A stretch of DNA of 64,000 nucleotides, taken from positions 7,961 to 71,960 of the forward strand of contig JAZQZB010000039.1 of NCBI GenBank assembly GCA_045633825.1, written 5' to 3'. Under the pieces are notes generated by a model that saw only the letters and a list, made by a program, of their open reading frames with translations, did not search any database and was not told the origin of the DNA. This DNA is from Alphaproteobacteria bacterium. GTDB lineage: Bacteria > Pseudomonadota > Alphaproteobacteria > RF32 > CAG-239. The position numbers were made by a program, and so were the translations under genes. Positions 49,800 to 59,304 of the stretch are shown piece after piece (the first letter of the stretch is position 1; each line of letters starts with the position of its first letter).

Positions 49800-51821
49800 A
49801 TGCATATATCAAATGTAGAAATTCATAATTTTAGAAATTTCAATGATGTTAGAATAAAATTAAAAGATGGAGTAAATGTAATATTGGGTCCAAATAATGC
49901 AGGAAAAACAAATTTATTAAAAGTTATTAATCTGCTCTCTAATAGAGAAAATTTGAAAGTTTCAGATTTTAATTTTAATAATCTTTTTGATAACGCTAAA
50001 AGCTTTTTAAGTGAAGCTCCTAAAATTGAAATAACTTATACAATAGAACATATATTTAATTATGATAAGATTGATAATGCTATAATAAAATTAAAAAACT
50101 TTATCATTTACAGTGATGATGGCAATCTTCAGCCACAATCTGATGGAAACTATAAAATTATAGGAAAATTCAAGTTATCTTATGGACTTAATGAAAAATT
50201 TATTCAGGAATATAAAAACGATATTCAAAATGTACAAAATTCAGCAAATAAAGAATATTTTAATAAATTTATAGAAATTTTAGAAAAGTATATAGAGTAC
50301 TATAACTGGACATGTTATAATGCAAATGATGAGATAGTAAATAATTTTTCAGAAATTGGAAATATATTCAGCATAGACTTTATTCCTGCAGATCGTAAGA
50401 CAGATTCTTTGCTTCCGGAGACAAGAAAATTTATAAAACAAAAAATTAAAGAGGATGAGTTGTCTCGAGGAAATATAAGAACTGACGTATCAAAAGTTTT
50501 TAATGATAGGTTACAACACATTAAAATGGATATTCAAGAGGCATTTAAAGAAGACCAGGAACGTATAGGTATAACCAATGGGCACAACATATTAGAAACA
50601 GATTTTAAATATGAAGGTGATGCGGCGGATTGTTTCCAGTTTATTTTAAAAGACGAGGATAAACAATATAATCTTCCCCTAGAGAACAATGGATTGGGAT
50701 ACAATAATTTAATACAGATTTACAATATTATTAAATTTAATATTCATGACGACTATAACATTATATTGATGGAAGAACCGGAGTCCCATTTGCATCCTGC
50801 TATGCAATATAAGCTATTCAAATATTTACAAAGTTTGGAAGAATCTAAAGAGAATAAAATAAAAAATCAAATAGTAATTACAACTCACTCGCCTAATATA
50901 TCTGCTTCTTCAAATATAGATGATATTATCAGTGTACATTACTTTCGAGATTCTACATATGGAGTTTTAATCGAAAATATCAAAGAAAAGTTTGTTTCAG
51001 AGGATACTAGTAAAAATCAAAAATTGCAACAATCTAAAGAGCATTTAATGAAGTTTTTAGATGTAACAAGAAGTGACATGCTTTTTACAGAAAAAACAAT
51101 ATTAGTAGAAGGTTTAGCTGAAAAAATGTTAATGCCATTATTCTCAATTCATGAGAAAATAGATTTGATTGATAATCATATTTCTCTTGTGGAAGTTGGG
51201 GGAATTAATTTTAAACATTTCTTACCACTATTTATCAATGGAAAAAATAAGGTGCTTTGTATTCGAGATTGCGATTTTTCTTATAAAGATAATGATGATA
51301 ATCTAAATATAAACAAGGAAGAATATAAGAAACATATATCAGAGTTGGATATAATTAATGAAGATTATAAAGGTAACGCTAATATTCGCGGAATTACGCA
51401 AATGAAAGGAGGTTCTACTTTTGAAGATGAATTGTATTTAGATAATATTTGTGAAGATGATAAAGATGAAAGTAAAGATAGTATCTGTAAAAATTTATTA
51501 AAATTAGTTTTACCTAAAAGCATCATAGAGTCTAGATTAATTAAAAAGCTTGACCTTTTGTTTTGGTATGAACACAAAGAAGAAATACCAAATGAGAAGA
51601 CTAAGAATAAAATTACAAATAAACTAGAAATATATAAAAAATTTTACGATAGCGCAGAAGACGATAAAAAATATATTGAAGATTTATTTTTTGCAAAATT
51701 GTTTTTAAGTTATGCATTTAATCAAAAAGGAAATTTAGCTCTTTCTATTTTAGTATCTCCTTTTGCTGATACTCTAAAAACTCCAAAATATATAAAGGAA
51801 GGACTAAAATGGATAAAATAA
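49800..51821 (+). CDS. gajA: Gabija GajA-like OLD-family ATPase/TOPRIM endonuclease
   Basis: Walker A GPNNAGKTNLL, Walker B LMEEPESHLHP, H-loop TTHSPN, TOPRIM ILVEGLAEKML glutamate plus RDCD; overlaps a UvrD-like helicase gene. Confidence 0.75.
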   Translation: MHISNVEIHNFRNFNDVRIKLKDGVNVILGPNNAGKTNLLKVINLLSNRENLKVSDFNFNNLFDNAKSFLSEAPKIEITYTIEHIFNYDKIDNAIIKLKNFIIYSDDGNLQPQSDGNYKIIGKFKLSYGLNEKFIQEYKNDIQNVQNSANKEYFNKFIEILEKYIEYYNWTCYNANDEIVNNFSEIGNIFSIDFIPADRKTDSLLPETRKFIKQKIKEDELSRGNIRTDVSKVFNDRLQHIKMDIQEAFKEDQERIGITNGHNILETDFKYEGDAADCFQFILKDEDKQYNLPLENNGLGYNNLIQIYNIIKFNIHDDYNIILMEEPESHLHPAMQYKLFKYLQSLEESKENKIKNQIVITTHSPNISASSNIDDIISVHYFRDSTYGVLIENIKEKFVSEDTSKNQKLQQSKEHLMKFLDVTRSDMLFTEKTILVEGLAEKMLMPLFSIHEKIDLIDNHISLVEVGGINFKHFLPLFINGKNKVLCIRDCDFSYKDNDDNLNINKEEYKKHISELDIINEDYKGNANIRGITQMKGGSTFEDELYLDNICEDDKDESKDSICKNLLKLVLPKSIIESRLIKKLDLLFWYEHKEEIPNEKTKNKITNKLEIYKKFYDSAEDDKKYIEDLFFAKLFLSYAFNQKGNLALSILVSPFADTLKTPKYIKEGLKWIK

Positions 51822-53737
51822 CATCTCAGGATGATTTGAGAATCTACGACGATAACAATAATTTTCGAATTTTTGCTGGCCCAGGTGCAGGAAAGACACA
51901 TTTAGTTATTGAAAATATTAAATTCATTATAAAAAACAGTAAAAAGTTAAAATTCAACAATCAACGAAAAATTTTGTGCATCACCTATACGAATGCGGCG
52001 GTTGATGAAATCACTAGAAGGTTAGGGCCTTTTTCAAAATTTGTTGTAGTATCAACTATTCACTCTTTTATAAATGATTATATTATATGTCCTTTTCAAA
52101 AACAGTTGAAACTACAAATTCAAAAAGAATTTAACATTAACATTCCTAAAAAAAATAAATTATCCTCTGTTCAAGAAGGTTTTACCGTATTAAGCGGACA
52201 TAAAAAAGAAGATATCTATGGTTGGATTAAAAAGAAATACCCGGAAATTGATGAGAAAATGTATTCTGATATATCAAGAATGAAAATGACTAATATTTCT
52301 ATTGATATAAGTGATATTAATAAATATCCTTTCAATGAAAACGCAAAGGCATGTATAAAACAAATAAACAACAATCAAAATATTTCTAATATTATTAAAG
52401 AGTATATTTGGTCTGTTGCTAACAAATTATCATTTGACGAAATTTTGTATTTTGGATTTGATTTATTAAAAAATTATCCTATTGTATCTTACATATTAAG
52501 AGCAGAATTTCCCTATGTCTTACTTGATGAATATCAAGACACAAATCCTATTCAAAATAAAATTATCAGCATGATGTCTGAAAAAGAGTGCTCAATTATG
52601 GTTGTCGGAGACATTGCTCAATCAATTTATTCTTTTCAAGGTGCAAAATATCAAGAATTTCAAAATTTTTGTATAGCATCTCCTCTGGACACAATAACCA
52701 AAGCAATAGAAGATAATCGTAGGTGTAATAAAAACATAATTAATTTATTAAATTTTCTAAGACAGACAGATACAGCTTTCCAACAAAAATGCATACAAAA
52801 CAAAAATACTGATAAAGTCACTTTTATTATTCAAAAAAATAAGACTATGCATAAATCCATATATGAAATTATTCCGAATAATACGCAAATATTATGTCGT
52901 AAATGGACTGAGGCGTTTAATTATATTTCAGATGTTTCTGATGAACAGAAAAAATTAATAAATTCAATTTATAATGCCTATACATATTCTGTTAATAAAG
53001 ATTTATCAAAAGAAATAGAACTAAGAAAGGATTTATGGATAGACTCCGCCTTAGATATAGCTACTTTGCAAGAAGCTTATGAAAAGAAAAATCTTCCAAA
53101 AGCATTGAATATATTTGAAAAATATCTTGATATTAAAGATTTATTCAAGAATTTTGATGCAAGTAAAATGGCAAGCTTAAAAGATATTACAAATTTATGG
53201 AAAGATATTTTTTCTAGTAATATTGAAAATTGTACCTTAAAAAATTTAATTAAGGATATAAATGTTCGTCTTGATCAATTACAGAATATAAATATATTAA
53301 AGAAATTTGAATATCCACAATCCCCTGATGACGAAGGTTATTTTGATGAAATTTATAAACATATTAACTATATAACGTATTCTTGTGCAAAAAAAATTGT
53401 ATTAGATTTGTTTTCGCCATCATCAAAGCATATGACGATACATAAAGCAAAGGGAAAAGAATTTGATAATGTTCTAGTTAACTTAGAACCTTTTTCTCGC
53501 GGCGAAGAAAAAACTATAGCCCCATCAAATGTTTTCATTTGCCCTCAAATTATTGGAGATAATTGTTATAATGAATATACAAGAATAGCATATGTTGGTT
53601 GTAGCAGAGCCAGAAATAAACTCTATATTCATTTAAAGGGAGATGAACAAACTGAAGACGCAATTAGAAAAGCTTTAAATAATTATTACAGTAATAATCC
53701 AGAGAAACAAAATTTCTTTGATTTTATTTATTTTTAA
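51809..53737 (+). CDS. gajB: Gabija GajB-like UvrD/PcrA-family helicase
   Basis: SF1 motifs: I AGPGAGKT, Ia ITYTNAA, II LDEYQDT, III GDIAQSIYSFQGA, V/VI IHKAKGKEFD, YVGCSRARNKLY. Confidence 0.75.
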   Translation: MDKITSQDDLRIYDDNNNFRIFAGPGAGKTHLVIENIKFIIKNSKKLKFNNQRKILCITYTNAAVDEITRRLGPFSKFVVVSTIHSFINDYIICPFQKQLKLQIQKEFNINIPKKNKLSSVQEGFTVLSGHKKEDIYGWIKKKYPEIDEKMYSDISRMKMTNISIDISDINKYPFNENAKACIKQINNNQNISNIIKEYIWSVANKLSFDEILYFGFDLLKNYPIVSYILRAEFPYVLLDEYQDTNPIQNKIISMMSEKECSIMVVGDIAQSIYSFQGAKYQEFQNFCIASPLDTITKAIEDNRRCNKNIINLLNFLRQTDTAFQQKCIQNKNTDKVTFIIQKNKTMHKSIYEIIPNNTQILCRKWTEAFNYISDVSDEQKKLINSIYNAYTYSVNKDLSKEIELRKDLWIDSALDIATLQEAYEKKNLPKALNIFEKYLDIKDLFKNFDASKMASLKDITNLWKDIFSSNIENCTLKNLIKDINVRLDQLQNINILKKFEYPQSPDDEGYFDEIYKHINYITYSCAKKIVLDLFSPSSKHMTIHKAKGKEFDNVLVNLEPFSRGEEKTIAPSNVFICPQIIGDNCYNEYTRIAYVGCSRARNKLYIHLKGDEQTEDAIRKALNNYYSNNPEKQNFFDFIYF

Positions 53738-53906
53738 TATTTGAAGTAATTTTAATCACTTATTATGTTTTTATGTAAAGCATTCGAAATCTTAAGTCTG
53801 TGCATTTTTTTGCACTATTTATTGCAAATTTTGCAACAACTAAATGATTTTTTAAGGTTTGCATTGTTTTTTTACATCTCATTGATTTTTCAAAATATTT
53901 AATCCA

Positions 53907-53977
53907 AATTTGGTCATTTGTGACTTTTCCATTTGGCAAATTGTGGAGTTTTCATTTGGTCATTTGTGGAATTTTTT
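53907..53977. repeat. Iteron-like array A: three tandem ~22-bp units (catttggtcatttgtggaatttt consensus)
   Basis: Seen directly; units tttggtcatttgtgactttt / ccatttggcaaattgtggagtttt / catttggtcatttgtggaatttttt. Confidence 0.7.
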
Positions 53978-54486
53978 CAAATTTCCTTGCTCAAAATATC
54001 CTGGCTTTTGGTAAGCATTTTGCGGATGTATTCATCTAAGATTGCAGAGGTTTGGTATTCATCGGTTCCGAGTTCAGCGGCAATTAAAGCCCCATATCGC
54101 ACTGGGAAACTCATAAAAAAATCTCTCAATGCTCGGCCGAGATTAAAGGAATAATTACCGGCACGTTTGCGGTCAACCATCTCGCCGGTTAGCATCTTGA
54201 GTTTGGCTTTGGCCAGCATTGCTCGGTAATAAATGTCCGCCGTTTTGGCCTGCTGAAACGTTCCCATATTGCTCATCTTGATACCACCCTGCGCCTCAAA
54301 CAGCGGGTCCGGTTTGCGTTGCTGTGCCGGATCGGTATTCATAAACCACTCTCGGTTTGCCTCATCAACATCAATTTTATTGTTTGCAGTTTTATGAATA
54401 CGCCCGGACTTTATCGCCGTCTGCACCGCATTCAGGTTCACCCCATGAATACGTGCATATTCTCGCATTGATACTAATTTTCCCAT
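53977..54486 (-). CDS. HTH DNA-binding protein resembling phage terminase small subunit (TerS-like)
   Basis: N-terminal MREYARIHGVNLNAVQTAIKSGRI HTH, as in Nu1/TerS-like proteins; GC-richer than surroundings by eye. Confidence 0.45.
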   Translation of the reverse strand: MGKLVSMREYARIHGVNLNAVQTAIKSGRIHKTANNKIDVDEANREWFMNTDPAQQRKPDPLFEAQGGIKMSNMGTFQQAKTADIYYRAMLAKAKLKMLTGEMVDRKRAGNYSFNLGRALRDFFMSFPVRYGALIAAELGTDEYQTSAILDEYIRKMLTKSQDILSKEI

Positions 54487-54508
54487 TAGATTTTCCTTTC
54501 AAAACACC

Positions 54509-54542
54509 AAGTGACCAGCCCGATTTCAAAAGTGACCAGCCC
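54509..54542. promoter_or_regulatory. Two 13-bp direct repeats aagtgaccagccc (54509-54521, 54530-54542) in the promoter region of the TerS-like gene
   Basis: Seen directly; 8-bp spacer. Confidence 0.5.
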
Positions 54543-54640
54543 CCAATTTTTGAAAATCATATAACTATTTGATATTAAAAGATTTATTAAATATACCCGA
54601 CCAGCCGGAAATTTTCTGTTCAGCTAGCGAAACGGCGCGG

Positions 54641-54683
54641 CTTGCGTCCCCGCATACGAAAAATTGCTAGGAAGGACCCGCAA
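54641..54683. repeat. Direct repeat copy 1 (gcgtccccgcatacgaaaaattgctaggaaggacccgc)
   Basis: About 85% identical to 56591-56627; the two copies flank the GHKL ATPase gene. Confidence 0.65.
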
Positions 54684-54781
54684 TCCACTAAATGTTTATA
54701 TCCTATATTCAGAATAAGAATATAATTGACGATTATTCTGCTATGAATCTTTTGTAATCTTATTGATTATTTTGTAATTTA

Positions 54782-56458
54782 TTAACTTGAAATATTCTTG
54801 TCAGATGTCCTTGGGCGAAATTCTAATTTTAATTTATCTTTTATAAAATCTTTTAATACAATGATTTCTATTTTTCGTGCTTTAGAAGAATTGTCTAAGA
54901 AATATCTTCTAATCCCATTATCCTTCGCAATTGATAATTTACGTTCTTCTTTACATAAATCCTGTACGGTATCATCATTTTTTAATTTAATATCCCAACA
55001 TACAATAGTATGCACATTGTCGAAGCAGTGATTAAACTTACCAGATAAAATATATTTAAATTCAACATAAAATATTTTACTATCCGAAAGCGCTGTGTCA
55101 TTCTTTGATTTAACAAGAACGTCTATACCTTCGTGTGTATCATAATCAACGATGCTAAAATTAAATAATTTAGGTTCTAGCATATCTAATAACATAAATA
55201 AAGAAAAAACACCATTTTCTTGTCTTGGTTCAATTAGCTCATGTCCCTTATAAACACAAGTATTTGCCTTATTTACTTGGTCAATACGATATTTATAGTC
55301 CCTTTTTTCTTTTTCCATTGTTCTATAACCATCAGCTTCTTCTGAAAGCCAATCTAAAAAACGCCAATCATCACCTTCTAAAATACTATCAAATATTTTT
55401 TTTACTTCACTTCTAATATCTTCTAAAATTTCTTGAGGTGTATTTTCCGTTGACCCTCTATTGGCTGTTAGTTTTAATCCTTGACAATTAAAGAAAGCAT
55501 GAAAACGAGTATATTCACTACCTTTGATTGCTATCCATTCATTTTTGCGTTGTATAGGGATAAAGTCTTTGCAAAGCCATAATCCGTATCTTTCTTGAAC
55601 AGTATAGGAACCCGTTGGCGCGACATAGCCGGCATGTCGTATCATTTTATTATAGTCAGTTTTTACTTTATTTCCTTCAATCATAAAGATTGCTTGATAT
55701 GATAATTCTGGTGAATTTTTTAAATGTCCTTGTTTAATAATTTTTTTACAATACCTATTAGGAGCATCTACGGTAAAGTCATCAAATAGTTTATTAATGT
55801 TGGATGTTTCTTGTGGAAAAATATGCCCAAATACTAGTTCTTCCGGCTTACAAACATTTAGTCCCTTTAATTTTAATTTAACATTTTCATATGTCTTAAT
55901 GTTAAACTCTTTTTCTGGAGAACCAAATTTTGTAAACCAATAAATATAATCTTTAAGGATTTCTTGGGTAAAACGATCGCGATGATTATTATTGTATCCT
56001 AAAACAGTAATTTTTGTTCCTTGAAAATTTGGATCAATTTCTTGAATTTCAACTCCTGGAATTTCTCTATTAGATAATTTTGTATATGGATCGTTCATCT
56101 CAGCTGAATAAGCTTTACCATCTTTGCATGTTTCAACTTTAACATTGGTACTATTAAAGTAAACTTTCGTTCCATGTCCCTTTTCTCCTATATTTTCCTG
56201 ATCTCTTTTTGTAGAGTCTCCTAAATTAAAGAAACTATGAAGTTCATCGATATTCATGCCTAGACCATCATCAGTCAGCGTAATTTGAAGTAATTGTCTT
56301 CCAGATATTTTTACCATATCAAATAAAATTTCAATATTTTGAGCATTAGCGTCAAAAGAATTACTAATTGCCTCACGAACAATTTCCAATGGGTTAGAAA
56401 AGTCATTTGCTATTTCTATAAACTCTTGTGTTGCTTCAACTTTAGGTAAATATTGCAT
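54782..56458 (-). CDS. GHKL-family (HATPase_c-like) ATPase, standalone 558-aa protein
   Basis: Bergerat fold motifs: N-box EAISNSFDANA, G1 DDGLGM, G2 GEKGHGTK. Confidence 0.7.
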   Translation of the reverse strand: MQYLPKVEATQEFIEIANDFSNPLEIVREAISNSFDANAQNIEILFDMVKISGRQLLQITLTDDGLGMNIDELHSFFNLGDSTKRDQENIGEKGHGTKVYFNSTNVKVETCKDGKAYSAEMNDPYTKLSNREIPGVEIQEIDPNFQGTKITVLGYNNNHRDRFTQEILKDYIYWFTKFGSPEKEFNIKTYENVKLKLKGLNVCKPEELVFGHIFPQETSNINKLFDDFTVDAPNRYCKKIIKQGHLKNSPELSYQAIFMIEGNKVKTDYNKMIRHAGYVAPTGSYTVQERYGLWLCKDFIPIQRKNEWIAIKGSEYTRFHAFFNCQGLKLTANRGSTENTPQEILEDIRSEVKKIFDSILEGDDWRFLDWLSEEADGYRTMEKEKRDYKYRIDQVNKANTCVYKGHELIEPRQENGVFSLFMLLDMLEPKLFNFSIVDYDTHEGIDVLVKSKNDTALSDSKIFYVEFKYILSGKFNHCFDNVHTIVCWDIKLKNDDTVQDLCKEERKLSIAKDNGIRRYFLDNSSKARKIEIIVLKDFIKDKLKLEFRPRTSDKNISS

Positions 56459-56590
56459 TTTGGGCTCCTGTGAACATTATATTGATTATAAAATTTAATA
56501 CATTGTAGGAAACAGTACGATAGAAAACAATAAAAAAATGTAATTAACAACAGTTAACATATACACTATACAATTGTTAATATAACACAA

Positions 56591-56627
56591 ATTAGTTTGC
56601 GGTCCCGCATATGAATTATCGCCAGGA
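56591..56627. repeat. Direct repeat copy 2 (gcggtcccgcatatgaattatcgccaggaaggacccgc)
   Basis: Matches 54641-54683; lies just upstream of the GHKL gene. Confidence 0.65.
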
Positions 56628-56989
56628 AGGACCCGCTGGTACCTTTACCCCCTAAAAAGGACTGGGCCTCTATACAAAACCGGCGGTTATGGTCATGTTA
56701 GTATCATACTATCCTTAATTCTAGAAACCACCGCTCATTTTGTATTGAGAATAGGGCAGATTTGTTTATTAGCTCCTTTACAAATATTCGCCGGTTTTGT
56801 GGGTATGGCACAGGGCAAAATGCCGGCTTCGTTTTTCTTGTATAAGCAAGAGCGTTTGGCCACATCTTTGGAGGCTCTGATTTCGGCAACCTTATCAAAT
56901 GTTTTTTGATCTATAATGGCCGGGTGTTGCCCGTCATAGAGTTCATTTTTGTGTTTGACTTTGCCAAGATAAATAAGTATTGGTGTTTT

Positions 56990-57105
56990 TTTATTTAATG
57001 GTTTTGCAGAAATTCATTTCATGGTTTTACAATTTATCGTTCGGTAGTTTGAGAGTTTTTCGTTCGGCAGTTTGAGGATTTTATATTCGGTAATTTAAAT
57101 CTTTT
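56990..57105. repeat. Iteron-like array B: five tandem ~22-23-bp units
   Basis: ttatttaatggttttgcagaaa / ttcatttcatggttttacaattta / tcgttcggtagtttgagagttttt / cgttcggcagtttgaggatttta / tattcggtaatttaaatcttttt; a 61-bp block is repeated in array C. Confidence 0.75.
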
Positions 57106-57360
57106 TAATTGTTCTGATTATTTTTGGTAAACTTAATTTCCCATTTATTAAAAATATATAGATTTAATCCGAGAGCTTTTATAACAAGTAATAACTTACC
57201 TGTTTGAGTGGTGTTTTTTCCGTTTTCAACATCACTGATAAATCTACGACCAGTTCCAGATATTCAAGCAAGTTCTTCTTGAGTTACTCCTTGTTGTTTA
57301 CGAATATCTCGTATTAATTTTCCTATATCTTTCATTGTTGTTAAATCTTGGCTATTCATA
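57106..57360 (-). pseudogene. Frameshifted XRE/HigA-like HTH antitoxin gene
   Basis: ATG at 57360 gives MNSQDLTTMKDIGKLIRDIRKQQGVTQEELA then TGA. The -1 frame continues ISGTGRRFISDVENGKNTTQTGKLLLVIKALGLNLYIF…, a canonical XRE HTH split by a frameshift near 57262. Confidence 0.65.
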
Positions 57361-57375
57361 ATAAACCTCTTTTTT

Positions 57376-57446
57376 TGTTACCATTCGGTATCAATAGTGT
57401 ATAAATTTGTGCAGATATCAAGTTTTTGTTACCGAACAGTATCATT
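57376..57446. promoter_or_regulatory. Paired operator-like half-sites (gttaccattcggtatca / gttaccgaacagtatca) upstream of the HTH pseudogene
   Basis: Seen directly; partially inverted cores. Confidence 0.4.
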
Positions 57447-57566
57447 ATTATTATATGGTAAAACAAAGTTTTATGTATCAAAGCAAAATAATTTTTACAA
57501 AAAAAAGAGTATCCTTGCAGGAATACTCTTTTTCAAATTTTAAGGGGTATTTTTTATGAAAGTATT

Positions 57567-57962
57567 TTATGGTAAGCCAAGTTTTTTTAATGCTTTTTCA
57601 AAAACATATTCCAATCCGGCATTTTTTATTTCATCAACATAAATTACGTTTCTTATATATTTTAAATCACATAGAATTATCTCATCAGATTTATCAATAT
57701 AAAAATTTGGTTCATAAATAATATAGCGGCCTGTAAATTTAGATAAAAAATTTAAAATGTTTTTATATTTATTAATATATTGAGCAATTAAAATTATTGC
57801 TTTTTCTCTATCATAGTTTTGAATAACTTCTGTTATATCCTTGGAAGATGTTTGTACTTTAGCTATACGGTGAGCATTTTTAAGTATTTCATTAGCAATA
57901 TTGTAAATATTGTCTGTTTTTTTATTTTCTTTATTGATATCAATCTGATAATTCTCCATCAT
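57567..57962 (-). CDS. Hypothetical protein (131 aa)
   Basis: ORF 14 nt downstream of the AAA ATPase gene on the same strand. Confidence 0.5.
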   Translation of the reverse strand: MMENYQIDINKENKKTDNIYNIANEILKNAHRIAKVQTSSKDITEVIQNYDREKAIILIAQYINKYKNILNFLSKFTGRYIIYEPNFYIDKSDEIILCDLKYIRNVIYVDEIKNAGLEYVFEKALKKLGLP

Positions 57963-57976
57963 TTATTTAATATCCC

Positions 57977-59260
57977 TTAATCCTTTAGTGAACCAATAGG
58001 AACTATTAAAACACCATCTTTACGACGATAAGCATAATTACCTACACCGATTAAAACCATTTTGAATGATGGAGCTTTCATTTTTGTTGTATCAATATTG
58101 GCTTCCAGCTTATTTAATGTTGTCGCCCCTTCTTCAATAAGTCTGTCACCGCCGAGTTTGATTTCAATTAATCCATAAGAGCCATTACGTAAATGAACAA
58201 CAGCATCACACTCTAAATCATTTCTATCTCTATAGTGATATACCTGTCCATCTAAAGCATCTGCATAAATACGTAAATCTCTGATACATAAGTTTTCAAA
58301 CATCAATCCCATTGTTTGGAGGTCATTTATTAAATCTTTTGCCCCAAGACCTAATGCAGCAGTTCCGATAGAAGGGTCAGTAAAGTAACGAGTATCAGAA
58401 GCCCTGATTGCTGTTTTGGAACGTAAATTAGGATTCCAAGCTAAAGAATCCTCAATAACAAAAATCTTCTTTAATGCTGATATATATGAGCTGATAGTTA
58501 CATTTTTGTTTGTTAAATCTTCAGTACCCTCATTAGCATAAACATCTTGTGTTATTGATGATATTTTTGCTTGCGAAGCAATAGAGCGTGCATATGAACG
58601 CAATATACGTTTAGTTTTTTCAGCATCCCTTTTAACGTTATCAATTCGTGAAATATCATCATTGACCACAGCATCAAAGTAGTTAATTGCCAATTGTAAA
58701 GCAACATCAGTATTTGTTCCAATGGATTTAGGCCATCCACCGCGACAAATTAAAAAAGCAATTTGTTCTAAGTCTAAACTATTGGTTCCTGTAACTTTCT
58801 CATTGTCAGAGAATAAATCGGCCAAAGAAACGCTACCATTACTTTCGCCTGATTCATATAAACTCATTGGACGCATTAACATGCGAGAAATTCTTCCGGT
58901 ACCACTATGTGATATTTCTGATAAATCAGCAGGAACAGCAGAACCTGTTAATACAAATTGACCAAATTCATCACGTTTATCAACCTCAAAACGTATGGCA
59001 TCCCAAAGTTTTGGAGCTAATTGCCATTCGTCAATTAATCTTGGAGTTTCACCATTTAACAGAAATGATGGATCCATATCTGCCATTTCTATGTTTTGCT
59101 TTTTTTGTGCGGGATCTTGCATAAGTAATATACTTTTAGCAATCTGGCTTGCTGTTGTTGTTTTACCGCACCATTTAGCACCTTCAATTAACACGGCACC
59201 GGAACTGGCTAATTTTTTCTGTAAAATACTATCTGCTAATCTTGTTTTATATTCTTTCAT
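57977..59260 (-). CDS. AAA+ ATPase of the AAA_14/DUF4143 family (COG1373-like)
   Basis: Walker A GAKWCGKTT near the N-terminus, Walker B-like FVLTGS, about 427 aa as for DUF4143 ATPases. Confidence 0.65.
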   Translation of the reverse strand: MKEYKTRLADSILQKKLASSGAVLIEGAKWCGKTTTASQIAKSILLMQDPAQKKQNIEMADMDPSFLLNGETPRLIDEWQLAPKLWDAIRFEVDKRDEFGQFVLTGSAVPADLSEISHSGTGRISRMLMRPMSLYESGESNGSVSLADLFSDNEKVTGTNSLDLEQIAFLICRGGWPKSIGTNTDVALQLAINYFDAVVNDDISRIDNVKRDAEKTKRILRSYARSIASQAKISSITQDVYANEGTEDLTNKNVTISSYISALKKIFVIEDSLAWNPNLRSKTAIRASDTRYFTDPSIGTAALGLGAKDLINDLQTMGLMFENLCIRDLRIYADALDGQVYHYRDRNDLECDAVVHLRNGSYGLIEIKLGGDRLIEEGATTLNKLEANIDTTKMKAPSFKMVLIGVGNYAYRRKDGVLIVPIGSLKD

Positions 59261-59304
59261 GTTGAAACTCCTTGGTAATATCTATTAATATAAACTATAT
59301 TTTA

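Noticed and set aside
54357-54572. Plus-strand ORF with a DQPDFKSDQP repeat
   Set aside because: Produced by translating the two aagtgaccagccc direct repeats in a promoter region; overlaps the TerS-like gene start on the other strand.
56704-56898. 64-aa minus-strand ORF in the GC-rich gap
   Set aside because: No RBS or homology. The region looks like decayed foreign non-coding DNA; a pseudogene fragment is possible but not supportable.
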